Shown piece by piece: positions 7,994 to 17,526 of a DNA stretch of 64,000 bases. The notes below the pieces were generated by a model that had not been told where the DNA came from, made no database searches, and saw only the letters and a list, made by a program, of their open reading frames with translations. The position numbers and the translations under genes are program-made. Every line of letters starts with the position of its first letter. The stretch's first letter is position 1. Origin of the DNA: Candidatus Cloacimonadales bacterium (GTDB taxonomy: Bacteria; Cloacimonadota; Cloacimonadia; Cloacimonadales; DAONDQ01); the NCBI GenBank assembly GCA_963662275.1, contig OY759316.1, positions 4,064,001 to 4,128,000 of the forward strand. The letters are read 5' to 3'.

Positions 7994-10456
7994 TTAATTA
8001 CCCAGAACGACTGTATTTTGTTTATGAAAAGCATTTCTCTGCTCTTGATCATAAGCTTCAAAATAAACGAGATAGACACCAATTGGCAGGTTTTTGGATG
8101 ATTGATTTTTCCCATCCCAAAGGAAAGAGCCTTCTGCAGAAACAAGCGACTGATCCGCCAATATACGCACCAGCCTGCCTTTCAGATCATAGACCTTGCA
8201 ACTGACCCTACTGATGGGTCGAGAGAAAGAATAACGAATCTCACAAGTTTCCTGTCTTTTCGGAAAAAATGGATTCGGTTGAATACGGACATTTGTTGAT
8301 GTGGGCATTTGCTGAATGAAAACGCTGTTCTCCTGCCCCGGTGTCCCGCCAATAGCAGCAAGACATGGACTCCAATTGTCACTACCTGGTAATAAGGCAG
8401 GTTGGATTCTTTCTATGGAAATACCTTTATCTTTGCTCCAATCCGGAACATATGCAAACTCTTCCCATCTGTTATTAAAAGCATCTTCGATGAAAATAGA
8501 TTCTCCTGAATTAGATAAGGAAGGTAATCCTGAAATGATTTGTTCAGGATTAATAGAATATTGTTCACAAAGGCTCTCAGCATCCTGCTCATCATGAACA
8601 ATAACAAAAAACTGGCTGTCATCTGGCTGCCAGGTAACTGAATCAGCAGTAATGTGTATCCTCAATTGGGGATACTTGGGAAGATCAGCATTCCTGCGTA
8701 TCTCTAGCCACTCGGGCATGCCGGTTAATGGGTCATACATGATTTCATTTACCACGAATGGGAGAGAATTGCTGTTATAATAACTCCAGTATTCGGAGGG
8801 GGAAGAACCGCCTGAAGTCGGCGCTACATCTGAAATGAAACTGCCTGAAGTCAGTGGTACAATCGTTTTATACTCACATTCGATCTTATACTGAAAAGCG
8901 TGATAACCAATACCCGGAATAGCTTGCTTAAAGACAAAGACACTATCGTCCGTCAAAGAAAGATAAGTATCAATTATCGATTCTCCCAAGCCAGTAGAAC
9001 TGTCAAACTGAAGGCAAATCAGGTGAATATCAGATACCGATTCATCCTTATGAAATTGTACTTTATGGATTAACGAATCATTTTCAGCCATGATTTGTAC
9101 AGAATCGATGTAAACAAGTGCTTCAGGTATAACGATACTATTGGGAAGACCGGGTGTACCACCTTCTGCTAACATGCAGATATCCCATATCGGAAAGGAT
9201 AAGCCAGTACTTCGTCTTTCCAACGATCGATTGTAAGCCTGGGTTGAACCAATATAGTGTAATGAATCAAGTGTTTTATCCGCATCATCTGTTAGCCAAA
9301 TGGTTTCTTCGTCATTATTAAGTGTGACCCAATGACTCAATTTGACGATAGACAAACCAGGGCAGTTTGGATAGTTATGCACAAAATCGAGTGAATCAGT
9401 GCAAAGTACCTTGTAGCCTTGGGCAGGGATATCTAGATTGAAGGTGACCTCATTCTGGGCTTCATCCCTCAAATGCAGATTAAATAAGGATAAATCAGCA
9501 TTTCCCCGATTATATAATTCTATCCATTCCTGGTTATCTGGTGACGGTGAATATAATAATTCGTTCAAAATCAGAGATATTTCACCAACGAAAATAGAAG
9601 TTATCCACAAGTTATCCACAGGATTGATATCGTTAGAAACGTTCAAATTTAAACTGACCTTGTGTAACCCAGGTATTGTACAATGGATAGTGATATCGAT
9701 CATAATTGAATCTTGCGCTATGATATCTGGAATTTGAATGGATGAATAGATCTCGTTATCAAGTTTTATTTCCAAATATTCCTTAGAGTTATACACACTC
9801 GTTGTGGATAAGTTGTGGATAGGCGTGTTTATCTTAATGTTAAATTCAATAATCTCAATTATTGGTATCCCGATAGAAAGATTTATAGGAATAAGATTAG
9901 CACTACCAGGAGTTGGAGAAGAGCAATCAAACCAATCGGCTGAAGTATTTGTATCCACTCCATTATGCAAACGAGCCAGGCTATGACCTTCCGGTACATC
10001 CGGACACAATTCCGTCCCAATATCATGTATGTCATCAGGAAGTTGATTTGTATTTGGCGAATCATATAAAACAGTATCAGTGTAAGAACTGTCAGGGGAA
10101 GTCAGTCGAATCCCGTCAGATTCTGCACCGCCGTTTTGCAGCGTAATATTGCTCCATAAATGGGCATTGGAAAAATCTTCCTCAGCTAAAAGCAGATAAT
10201 GCTGCGGGCGCAAAATGAAAAACGGAAACGTATAAGTAGCAGAAAAATCAGAACCACCGGAATAAAGCTGCCAATCCTCCATATCAACATCCTCCGTTCC
10301 GTTATTAAAGAATTCAATCCATTCATGATAATCATCTGAACTTATAGGATCATAGCAAACTTCATTAATCACTATATCAGAATATAAAGCAGGTATACTT
10401 AATAAGCATATCAAATAGGTAAATAAAACAGGAAGGGAAATACCCTTACATATCAT
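7994..10456 (-). CDS. Secreted protein with three lamin-tail domains and a FlgD-Ig/T9SS-type C-terminal domain
   Basis: Signal peptide; INEVCYDP..EWIEFFN, LNELLY..EWIELYN and VNEIMYDP..EWLE units ending in TPG; C-terminal PNPF..YDLKGRLV..WDGKN..GVY. Confidence 0.8.
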   Translation of the reverse strand: MICKGISLPVLFTYLICLLSIPALYSDIVINEVCYDPISSDDYHEWIEFFNNGTEDVDMEDWQLYSGGSDFSATYTFPFFILRPQHYLLLAEEDFSNAHLWSNITLQNGGAESDGIRLTSPDSSYTDTVLYDSPNTNQLPDDIHDIGTELCPDVPEGHSLARLHNGVDTNTSADWFDCSSPTPGSANLIPINLSIGIPIIEIIEFNIKINTPIHNLSTTSVYNSKEYLEIKLDNEIYSSIQIPDIIAQDSIMIDITIHCTIPGLHKVSLNLNVSNDINPVDNLWITSIFVGEISLILNELLYSPSPDNQEWIELYNRGNADLSLFNLHLRDEAQNEVTFNLDIPAQGYKVLCTDSLDFVHNYPNCPGLSIVKLSHWVTLNNDEETIWLTDDADKTLDSLHYIGSTQAYNRSLERRSTGLSFPIWDICMLAEGGTPGLPNSIVIPEALVYIDSVQIMAENDSLIHKVQFHKDESVSDIHLICLQFDSSTGLGESIIDTYLSLTDDSVFVFKQAIPGIGYHAFQYKIECEYKTIVPLTSGSFISDVAPTSGGSSPSEYWSYYNSNSLPFVVNEIMYDPLTGMPEWLEIRRNADLPKYPQLRIHITADSVTWQPDDSQFFVIVHDEQDAESLCEQYSINPEQIISGLPSLSNSGESIFIEDAFNNRWEEFAYVPDWSKDKGISIERIQPALLPGSDNWSPCLAAIGGTPGQENSVFIQQMPTSTNVRIQPNPFFPKRQETCEIRYSFSRPISRVSCKVYDLKGRLVRILADQSLVSAEGSFLWDGKNQSSKNLPIGVYLVYFEAYDQEQRNAFHKQNTVVLGN
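8808..8860 (-). repeat. Two REP-like copies inside the lamin-tail CDS
   Basis: The reverse complements GTAGCGCCGACTTCAGGCGG and GTACCACTGACTTCAGGCAG match intergenic GTAGCGCTGACTTCAGGCGG at 19964..19983. Confidence 0.7.
9276..9822. promoter_or_regulatory. Cluster of DnaA boxes (intragenic)
   Basis: TTATNCACA matches at 9375, 9601, 9612, 9789 and 9803 (reverse); one-mismatch boxes at 9276 and 9814 (reverse). Confidence 0.7.
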
Positions 10457-10575
10457 GCATCCTCCACAATATTAACTCTATAAATAAAAAATAATCATTA
10501 GTTATTTTGGAGTCAAGGAATATTTATTAAGTAATTTAGAAGCACTAAACAGATGTATAAAATGAGCTGGGGTTC

Positions 10576-10650
10576 ATCTAGGCATTATCTAGGCATTATC
10601 TAGGGATCATCTAGACTTTTTTAGATTTTCCTTAGGTTTTCATTAGTTCT
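10576..10650. repeat. 11-bp-periodic tandem repeat (ATCTAGGCATT-like)
   Basis: ATCTAG at 10576, 10587, 10598 and 10609; TAG phase continues at 10622, 10633 and 10644. Confidence 0.7.
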
Positions 10651-10911
10651 TGTTTTTTTTCAAATTTCTTCATCTTCCTTAAGGCTTTACATGAAAGATG
10701 AGGATTTGGAGTTCAAATGCCCTAAACAAATTATCATTGAATACCAGATTAAAAGGGCATTCGGACTTCAAAATCGACCTTTCATCTTCAGTAGCGAAAA
10801 CTCGTTTCAGAGAACTTCGAACCTGCTGCCACGTTTTCCCTTGACAGCTCTGCCCTGCTAAAGATTTTAGCAATTCGTACATAATTTTGATTTATAGGAC
10901 AGGAGAGATAA

Positions 10912-11046
10912 ATGAAAAGAACATATCAGCCCCATAATCGTAAGATGAAGAACAAACATGGGTTCCGTTTACGCATGAGTACTAAGAATGGGCGTAAAGT
11001 CCTTGCCAGAAGAAGAGCTAAGGGCAGAAAGAACCTGACCGTTTAA
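10912..11046 (+). CDS. rpmH: 50S ribosomal protein L34
   Basis: Manual translation [52 protein letters not shown]; absent from the ORF track. Confidence 0.97.
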   Translation: MKRTYQPHNRKMKNKHGFRLRMSTKNGRKVLARRRAKGRKNLTV

Positions 11047-11152
11047 GGGGTTATTAAAAGGATTTGAGTGCCATGTTGATCCCAAACTTACATGGTGTAT
11101 TATTCTATTGAATCGCTCAGGGAGCAATCCCGACAGTGGGATTCTTTCCATA

Positions 11153-11482
11153 ATGCGTTACATTTGCAAACGAAGCGAATACCTGTCTTTTCAGAAATCA
11201 GACATGATCATTCGTTCAAATTATTTTCTGGTTCTGTGTCTTCATGATACAGAACCGTTTTTTTCAGTTGGGATCACCATCAGTAAAAGAGTTGGAAACG
11301 CAGTCGTACGTAACAAGATCAAACGAAGAATCAAAGCATGCCTGAGAGAGAAAAATACCGAGAAAGTGTCGGGGTGGAAAATCAACCTGATTGCCAAACC
11401 GACAATAGCAATGATAGATTGGCTCACTCTGAAGTCAAGCTTGGAAGATGTCATACAGAAACTGGAGAAGCAGGAAAATTGA
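11153..11482 (+). CDS. rnpA: Ribonuclease P protein component
   Basis: [23 protein letters not shown] (RNR motif); position after rpmH. Start uncertain (11108 or 11153). Confidence 0.93.
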   Translation: MRYICKRSEYLSFQKSDMIIRSNYFLVLCLHDTEPFFSVGITISKRVGNAVVRNKIKRRIKACLREKNTEKVSGWKINLIAKPTIAMIDWLTLKSSLEDVIQKLEKQEN

Positions 11483-11706
11483 CTCATCTCTTGATTTGGA
11501 ATTCTCCTATTGTCTGGTTGATTCGATTCTATCAGCGCTATATATCAACCATGCTCCCACCGACTTGCCGCTTTGAACCTTCCTGCAGTCAATATGCGCT
11601 TCAGGCTTTTCACAAATACCCTTTTTTTAAGGCTTTTTATCTTTCCGTAAGCAGAATACTTAAATGCCATCCTTTTCATAAAGGTGGCTATGATCCCTTG
11701 CCTTAG
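11479..11706 (+). CDS. yidD: Membrane protein insertion efficiency factor
   Basis: [39 protein letters not shown] start overlapping the rnpA stop inferred. Confidence 0.93.
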   Translation: MTHLLIWNSPIVWLIRFYQRYISTMLPPTCRFEPSCSQYALQAFHKYPFFKAFYLSVSRILKCHPFHKGGYDPLP

Positions 11707-11714
11707 GAGGAATT

Positions 11715-13376
11715 TTGGATCGTAGAACTTTACTTGCAATTGCTCTAATCGTTATCATATATCTATTGAGCAATGAATTTATCTGGAAGAAGAAAGAAGC
11801 GCCAGTCGCTCCTTCCAATCAATCCACAACCCAGGCTGCTTCAACATCTCAACCTGCACAGAATGGTACTCAAACAACATCCCCGCAAGCTGTTAGCCAG
11901 GCGGTACTCTTACCTGATACGTTAAAAACAGGTATCCCTGTTGATAACAACATTGTTCTTCAGAATGATTCTTTGAAAGTGGTTTTTTCTAATGAAGGCG
12001 CAATAATCCGAGAAGCATATTTATTGAATTTTAAGGATGTTGATCGTAAATCTCCTGTACAATTGATAGCCTCATCAGAAGGGATTTTAGGTTCTCAAAT
12101 AACGACAGCTTCCGGTTCATTAGATCTTAACAAAATAGTCTTTTCTTATGAGCGTTTTGATCAAAATGGATATCCTGGTCTTCGTTTTCATTGGGACAGG
12201 AATGGTAGTGTTCTCATTGAAAAGAGATTCATTCTCTTGCCCAATAATACGTTAGATATGCAATTCAATGATGTGAATTTCGGGGCTTTGAATGGATATC
12301 AGATTGGGTTTGATGCAGGCATCAGGGATACCGAGCATAATGCAAAAGCTGGTAAGCCAAACAAGATGAAGGGACAGGATTACAAATTCATTGGGCAGAT
12401 CGATAATACACTTCAGTCTTTTTATCTCTCAAAATTGAAAGAAAAAAAGACAATTGCAGGTAAAGTGAATTGGGCTTCCGTGCGTTCCAAGTATTTCCTG
12501 ATAGGACTTATCCCTGATAAGAACGTGTTCGTAGTAAATACGGTGGCCTATGATAATAAAAATACACCCGCTTTTGATGTCACAATCAAAACAGATGCTC
12601 CAAGAGCTTCCTTCAATGATCACTACTTCTTGTACCTTGGTCCGGTAAAAATGAATCAATTGAAGAAGTTCAACATCGGTTTCGAAAACGCTGCTGAACG
12701 TGGTGCTAAATTACTAAGATGGTTATATACCATATTTAATTCCTTCCTCAGTTGGCTTTTTAAACTTATTCCAAATTATGGAATTGTCATCATTATTTTC
12801 AGCATTCTCTTGAAGGTTGTACTGCATCCCCTGACTCATAAAAGTATGGAATCTGGAATCAAGATGCAACGGATTCAACCTTTGATCAGAGAGGCTCAAG
12901 CCAAATATAAAACTGATCCGAAACGTATGCAAACTGAGTTGAGTGCAATTTATAAAGAGAATGGTGTTAGTCCGTTAGGGGGGTGTTTACCTCTCTTATT
13001 ACAGATGCCTATTTTTATCGCCCTGTACAGCGTTTTGCGTTTTTCACTGGATATGCGCCAAGCATATTTTGTTGGTTGGCTAAATGATTTATCTGCTCCG
13101 GATCCAATCTATGTGCTACCCATACTAATGGCGATATTCATGTTTGTACAACAAAAGATGATGACTCCCAAAACGACACCAGGCGAGGAAGTGGATGAAA
13201 AACAGGCAGCTATGATGCAAAGCCAAAAAATGATGATGTATGTCATGCCCGTCATGATGTTCTTTATCTTTAAAAGCATGCCTGCTGGATTGGTTCTTTA
13301 TTGGACGATATTCAACATTCTTTCTATCATTCAGCAGTATTATTTAATGAAACATTTTGAAAAAAAGGCAAAATAA
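11715..13376 (+). CDS. yidC: Membrane protein insertase
   Basis: N-terminal TM, periplasmic domain, NYGIVII, GGCLPLLLQMPIF, DLSAPDP, GLVLYW. Confidence 0.96.
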   Translation: MDRRTLLAIALIVIIYLLSNEFIWKKKEAPVAPSNQSTTQAASTSQPAQNGTQTTSPQAVSQAVLLPDTLKTGIPVDNNIVLQNDSLKVVFSNEGAIIREAYLLNFKDVDRKSPVQLIASSEGILGSQITTASGSLDLNKIVFSYERFDQNGYPGLRFHWDRNGSVLIEKRFILLPNNTLDMQFNDVNFGALNGYQIGFDAGIRDTEHNAKAGKPNKMKGQDYKFIGQIDNTLQSFYLSKLKEKKTIAGKVNWASVRSKYFLIGLIPDKNVFVVNTVAYDNKNTPAFDVTIKTDAPRASFNDHYFLYLGPVKMNQLKKFNIGFENAAERGAKLLRWLYTIFNSFLSWLFKLIPNYGIVIIIFSILLKVVLHPLTHKSMESGIKMQRIQPLIREAQAKYKTDPKRMQTELSAIYKENGVSPLGGCLPLLLQMPIFIALYSVLRFSLDMRQAYFVGWLNDLSAPDPIYVLPILMAIFMFVQQKMMTPKTTPGEEVDEKQAAMMQSQKMMMYVMPVMMFFIFKSMPAGLVLYWTIFNILSIIQQYYLMKHFEKKAK

Positions 13377-13377
13377 C

Positions 13378-14130
13378 ATGAAAGAAATTCAACGAAAAGG
13401 AAATAGTGTTCAAGAGATTTTAAAAGAATTCTCACTCGAGCAGAAGATTAATCAAAATCAAATCAGGTATAAAGTTATCCAAGAAAATACGCCGGGATTC
13501 CTAGGGTTTTTTGGTAAGAAAAAAGCCATTATTTCGATTCAATTATCCGATGTTGCTGAGATGATGAAAGAGTTTACAGTACAACTACTGACTAAAATGA
13601 ACACCGAATTCGATTCTGTAAAGGTGATAAAAGAAGGGGAATCATACCAGGTATCTGTCATTGGAACAAAAGAACCGGGTTTTATCATTGGGAAAGAAGG
13701 AAGGATGCTGGAAAATCTGCAATATCTAATGAATCGTGTATTTGAAAAAGATGCCGGTTTAGATAAAATATACTTCGATGTTGATGGCTATAAGGAACGC
13801 CAGGAAGAAAAAATGCTTCGACGTATCAAACCAATGATAGACAGAGCAAGAGAAAAGCAGCAATCAATCACACTAGACCCGATGAATCCAGCAGAAAGAC
13901 GAATTGTTCATAAATATGTGGAAAATGATAATCAACTGCGTACACTTACTGTTGGTGAAGGTAAAATGAAACGTATCGTTATTTTCCCTGCCAAAGGAAA
14001 GAGTTCAGGTCAATCGCAACAGGCAAGACCACAACAGAATCGTCCTTTAAGAGCAAATACAAATCGTCGTCCCAATACACTCCGAACACCCAACCCCAGA
14101 AAAAAGAGCGATGAAACTCGGTCAGATTGA
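13378..14130 (+). CDS. jag: Jag/EloR (KhpB) RNA-binding protein (Jag_N-KH-R3H)
   Basis: GFLGFFGKK, IIGKEGRMLENLQYL, MNPAERRIVH; canonical position after yidC. Confidence 0.9.
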   Translation: MKEIQRKGNSVQEILKEFSLEQKINQNQIRYKVIQENTPGFLGFFGKKKAIISIQLSDVAEMMKEFTVQLLTKMNTEFDSVKVIKEGESYQVSVIGTKEPGFIIGKEGRMLENLQYLMNRVFEKDAGLDKIYFDVDGYKERQEEKMLRRIKPMIDRAREKQQSITLDPMNPAERRIVHKYVENDNQLRTLTVGEGKMKRIVIFPAKGKSSGQSQQARPQQNRPLRANTNRRPNTLRTPNPRKKSDETRSD

Positions 14131-14193
14131 ACTGTAGAGTAGGATTCCGATCCTACTGGAATTGGAGATGTAATGAAACTCGGTCAGATTGAA
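14111..14193 (+). repeat. REP (14134..14157) between 21-bp direct repeats ATGAAACTCGGTCAGATTGAA
   Basis: Direct repeats at 14111-14131 and 14173-14193; GTAGAGTAGGA-ttccga-TCCTACT between them. Confidence 0.85.
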
Positions 14194-14967
14194 TTATTCA
14201 AGGTTTCAGCAGGACATTACTGGTCTGATGGTGGAGCTGCCTTTGGTGCTCTTCCTAAAGTATTGTGGAATAAAACCATCAAAGCAGATGAGGAAAATCG
14301 TGTTATTTTTGAGCTGAACCTGCTGTTAATTAAGACAGCGGACAGAAATATACTGGTTGATACAGGTTGTGGAAATCATCTTTCTCCAAGACAAATCAAG
14401 ATCTACGACCCTTCTGAATTTATCCTCTTTGAAGAACTTGAAAAGTATGGAATAACCCGCTTTGACATCACTGATGTTATACTGACTCACTTACATTTTG
14501 ATCATGCCGGTGGTGTGATCAGTGTTTGTAATGGAAAATCGGAGCTTTCCTTTCCCAATGCCATTCACTACATCCAAGCAAGTGAGTGGGAAATGGCAAA
14601 GAATCCTGATGAGCTTAACCAAGCTGCATATTATTTTGATGAACAACTTTCACTTTTAGCTTCCGAAGGAAAATATGTATTACTTCAGGGCAATTATCAT
14701 TTGATTCCAGAAGTTGAATTGCGATTAGTTGGCGGTCATTCGGTTGGAACCCAGGTCGTCTGTTGTGAAAGTGAAGATGAATTTGCAGTTTATGCCGGAG
14801 ATATCATTCCTTCTCAACCGCATCTCACATTACCCGTAGTATCCGCTTATGATGTGAGCAGGATTGATACTTTCAAAGTAAAAAAAGCCATGATAGCTGA
14901 AATTAGGCAGAAAAAAGGATGTTTGCTATTGAATCACGATAGCAGTGAATTTGCATTGAAATTGTAA
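14173..14967 (+). CDS. MBL-fold metallo-hydrolase (YtnP-like)
   Basis: DGGAAFG, VDTG, THLHFDHAGG, GGHSVG, AGD. Confidence 0.88.
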   Translation: MKLGQIELFKVSAGHYWSDGGAAFGALPKVLWNKTIKADEENRVIFELNLLLIKTADRNILVDTGCGNHLSPRQIKIYDPSEFILFEELEKYGITRFDITDVILTHLHFDHAGGVISVCNGKSELSFPNAIHYIQASEWEMAKNPDELNQAAYYFDEQLSLLASEGKYVLLQGNYHLIPEVELRLVGGHSVGTQVVCCESEDEFAVYAGDIIPSQPHLTLPVVSAYDVSRIDTFKVKKAMIAEIRQKKGCLLLNHDSSEFALKL

Positions 14968-15036
14968 AGCAAGACGCCGTTCTTGCTATTATATATATTA
15001 GCATAAAACAACAGCAAGAACGGCGTCTTGCTTTAC
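14964..15036. repeat. Inverted REP doublet (REPIN-like) between convergent genes
   Basis: GTAAAGCAAGACGCCGTTCTTGCT (14964-14987) and its exact reverse complement (15013-15036); each end overlaps a TAA stop. Confidence 0.85.
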
Positions 15037-15185
15037 TTTTTATCACCCGGAAATAATCTGTTAAGTCCATGAATTAGTAAATAGAATATGCCCATGAAGA
15101 TAAAGATCCCCAGCATACCTTTCCACATGACATCCAACGACAATACAAAATTACTGATTGTTTCTAACGAAAATACTTGAATCAT
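15033..15185 (-). CDS. Small single-pass membrane protein, OadG-related
   Basis: Manual translation MIQVFSLETISNFVLSLDVMWKGMLGIFIFMGIFYLLIHGLNRLFPGDKK*; AAGGA RBS; directly downstream of rlmH. Confidence 0.65.
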   Translation of the reverse strand: MIQVFSLETISNFVLSLDVMWKGMLGIFIFMGIFYLLIHGLNRLFPGDKK

Positions 15186-15201
15186 TTCGATTATCCTTCT
15201 A

Positions 15202-15666
15202 TCAATAGTGATAGGGTTTGTTATTCATGATCATAAAAGCACGGTACAGTTGCTCCACTAACATCAGTCTGATCATTTGATGCGTAAATGTCATTTTCGA
15301 AAAACTAAGTATTACATCTGCTTTTTCACGTATTGTAGCATGTAAGCCATAAACACCGCCGATGACAAAACAAAGATCTTTAAAACCTTGCTGCTGTGAA
15401 ATCCATGTTGAAAATTCCAGTGAAGAGAACTGTTTACCGGTTTCATCCAGCACGACTAGAAATTCCCCTGGTCTAATAGATTTTCCAATAATTTCTGCTT
15501 CTTTCAATTTGACATCTTCAGAACCTGATGACTTGCTAAGACTGACATCAGGTAATTCTATAATAGTTACTTTATGATATGCATGTAAACGTTTCAAATA
15601 CTCGTTTATTCCTTCAATGAGATAATCCTGTTTCGTTTTCCCGAGACAAAGAATGCGTATGCTCAT
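15202..15666 (-). CDS. rlmH: 23S rRNA pseudouridine-1915 N3-methyltransferase
   Basis: LDETGKQFSS, FVIGGVYG, SFSKMTFTHQMIRLMLVEQLYRA..PYHY; start at 15666 overlaps the ptb stop. Confidence 0.95.
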   Translation of the reverse strand: MSIRILCLGKTKQDYLIEGINEYLKRLHAYHKVTIIELPDVSLSKSSGSEDVKLKEAEIIGKSIRPGEFLVVLDETGKQFSSLEFSTWISQQQGFKDLCFVIGGVYGLHATIREKADVILSFSKMTFTHQMIRLMLVEQLYRAFMIMNNKPYHY

Positions 15667-16565
15667 TTGGAGGAAGCTAAAATACCGAGAGCCATGCATA
15701 GCATCTTGGTTTCACCGCTATCAGCTCGAGAAGGTATCAGGATTGGAACCTTTGTACCCATGACGACATGAGCTACCCGATATTTGCAGTAATAGGTAAG
15801 TGTCTTGCCAAAGATGTTTCCTGCTTCAATATTGGGGACGATTAAAATATCTGCATCTCCAGCGACAGGTGATTTGATTTTTTTGATTTGGGCTGCTTCC
15901 ATATCAATGGCATTATCAAAGGCTAGAGGTCCATCAATCATACAACCTGTGATTTGACCCCTTTCCCACATTTTAACGATTACTGAAGCATCAATTGTGG
16001 GAGGCATTTTGATATTTACAACTTCAACAGCACATAAAATAGCAACCTTGGGATTTGGATTACCTAATGAATGGGCAACAGCAACAGAGTTATTGATAAT
16101 GGCTACCTTTTCATTCAGATCGGGATAAAGGTTGATTCCACCATCACTCATAAGAACAATCCTGTCAGGATGTTCATAGGCAAGCACATCGCTGATGACA
16201 TCACTGGTACGAAGACCGTTTTCTTTATCAAGAACTGCTTTTAAGAGTATTGCCGTATCTGCTTTTCCCTTGAGAATAACATGCCCTTTCCCCTCTTTTG
16301 CCAATGCGACAGAGATCGTGCAGGCTTTTTGTAAATCTGTACCTGTATCGATGATTTCGAAGCTATTTTCATATTGAGGATCCATTTCTTTCAGTAAGGA
16401 TAAAATTGCTGTTTTATCACCCACGAGTATACAATCTGCTATGTTTTCTTTCTTTGCCAAGATAGCAGCTTCGATTGCAGAATCGGTTTGAGCTGCAGCA
16501 ATAATGACTTTCTTCCCAATTTGTTCTTTCACCAATGCAAGCATTTCGTTGAAATTAAGAATCAT
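15663..16565 (-). CDS. ptb: Phosphate butyryl/acetyltransferase
   Basis: LKGKADT, SDGGINLYP, DGPLAFDNAI, ADILIVPNIEAGN, PSRADS. Confidence 0.85.
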   Translation of the reverse strand: MILNFNEMLALVKEQIGKKVIIAAAQTDSAIEAAILAKKENIADCILVGDKTAILSLLKEMDPQYENSFEIIDTGTDLQKACTISVALAKEGKGHVILKGKADTAILLKAVLDKENGLRTSDVISDVLAYEHPDRIVLMSDGGINLYPDLNEKVAIINNSVAVAHSLGNPNPKVAILCAVEVVNIKMPPTIDASVIVKMWERGQITGCMIDGPLAFDNAIDMEAAQIKKIKSPVAGDADILIVPNIEAGNIFGKTLTYYCKYRVAHVVMGTKVPILIPSRADSGETKMLCMALGILASSK

Positions 16566-16588
16566 GAAACTACTCCTTATATGATCGA

Positions 16589-17458
16589 TTACACAGAATC
16601 ATGTGAAATAAAATAATCCACATAGTTTTCATCTTTAGGATAAAAATCCTTGAGTATTTTCTTCAAAGCCTGTTTCTGAATCTGTCTGACTCTTTCGCGT
16701 GACAGCCCCAAATCTTCTGCAATCTGGGCAAAATTCTTTCCTTTTTCTCCAAGAAGTCCGAAATATGTTTTAATGATATACGATTCTCGAGGTTCAAGAT
16801 TCTTAATTGCCTGATTCAAATCATTTCGAAACTTCTCACTGAAGTAAATTTGTTGTGGATCCTTTGACTCTGTATCTTCCAGGTAATCAGAAAGAAAGAC
16901 TTCCGAGCTGTTTTGACTGAATGACGGATCATCAATAGAAACTGTTTCAATGATTTGACTCTGAATATTTCGAATCATCTTACCTTCGAGATCCATATGT
17001 TTTTCGAGTTCTTCAATTGTCGCAGCTTCACCGGTTTCATTGAAGATACGTTCCTGTTTGGCTCGAATCCTATTAGCTGTATTTGTTTTACCTAGAGGAA
17101 CACGGATCAGGGAACTCTTTTCAGAAATAGCCATCATAATACGCTGTTTGATCCACCAAATTGCATAGGAAATCAGTTTGATGTCCATGTCAGGATTGAA
17201 TTTTTCGAGTGCTTTCATCAACCCAATATTTCCCTCACTGATGAGTTCAGAGAGAGAAAGTCCCCTATTTTGAAACCGAGTAGCGATTTTAACTACAAAT
17301 TTCAGGTTTGCCTGGATAAGACTGTTCAGTGCATTTTTATCACCGTTTCTAGCTTGAATAGCTAATTCATGCTCCACTTCCCTGGGCAAAGTTTGAAACT
17401 TGGATATTTCACTCAGATAATTTTGTAATGCGCGATCAGCAAAAACATTCTCGCTCAT
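16589..17458 (-). CDS. RNA polymerase sigma-70 factor (RpoD/RpoS-like, no region 1.1)
   Basis: YLSEI, ANLKFVVKIA, ELISEGNIGL, SYAIWWIKQ, LSRERVRQIQ. Confidence 0.92.
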   Translation of the reverse strand: MSENVFADRALQNYLSEISKFQTLPREVEHELAIQARNGDKNALNSLIQANLKFVVKIATRFQNRGLSLSELISEGNIGLMKALEKFNPDMDIKLISYAIWWIKQRIMMAISEKSSLIRVPLGKTNTANRIRAKQERIFNETGEAATIEELEKHMDLEGKMIRNIQSQIIETVSIDDPSFSQNSSEVFLSDYLEDTESKDPQQIYFSEKFRNDLNQAIKNLEPRESYIIKTYFGLLGEKGKNFAQIAEDLGLSRERVRQIQKQALKKILKDFYPKDENYVDYFISHDSV

Positions 17459-17526
17459 GATGCCTCATTCATAGAATCCATGCGTACAGTTAATTTCTAT
17501 CAATATTTATTCAATTATGTCTAATC

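Noticed and set aside
10679..10882. 67-aa ORF upstream of rpmH as a dnaA remnant
   Set aside because: No resemblance to DnaA that I can recognise; probably promoter-region sequence.
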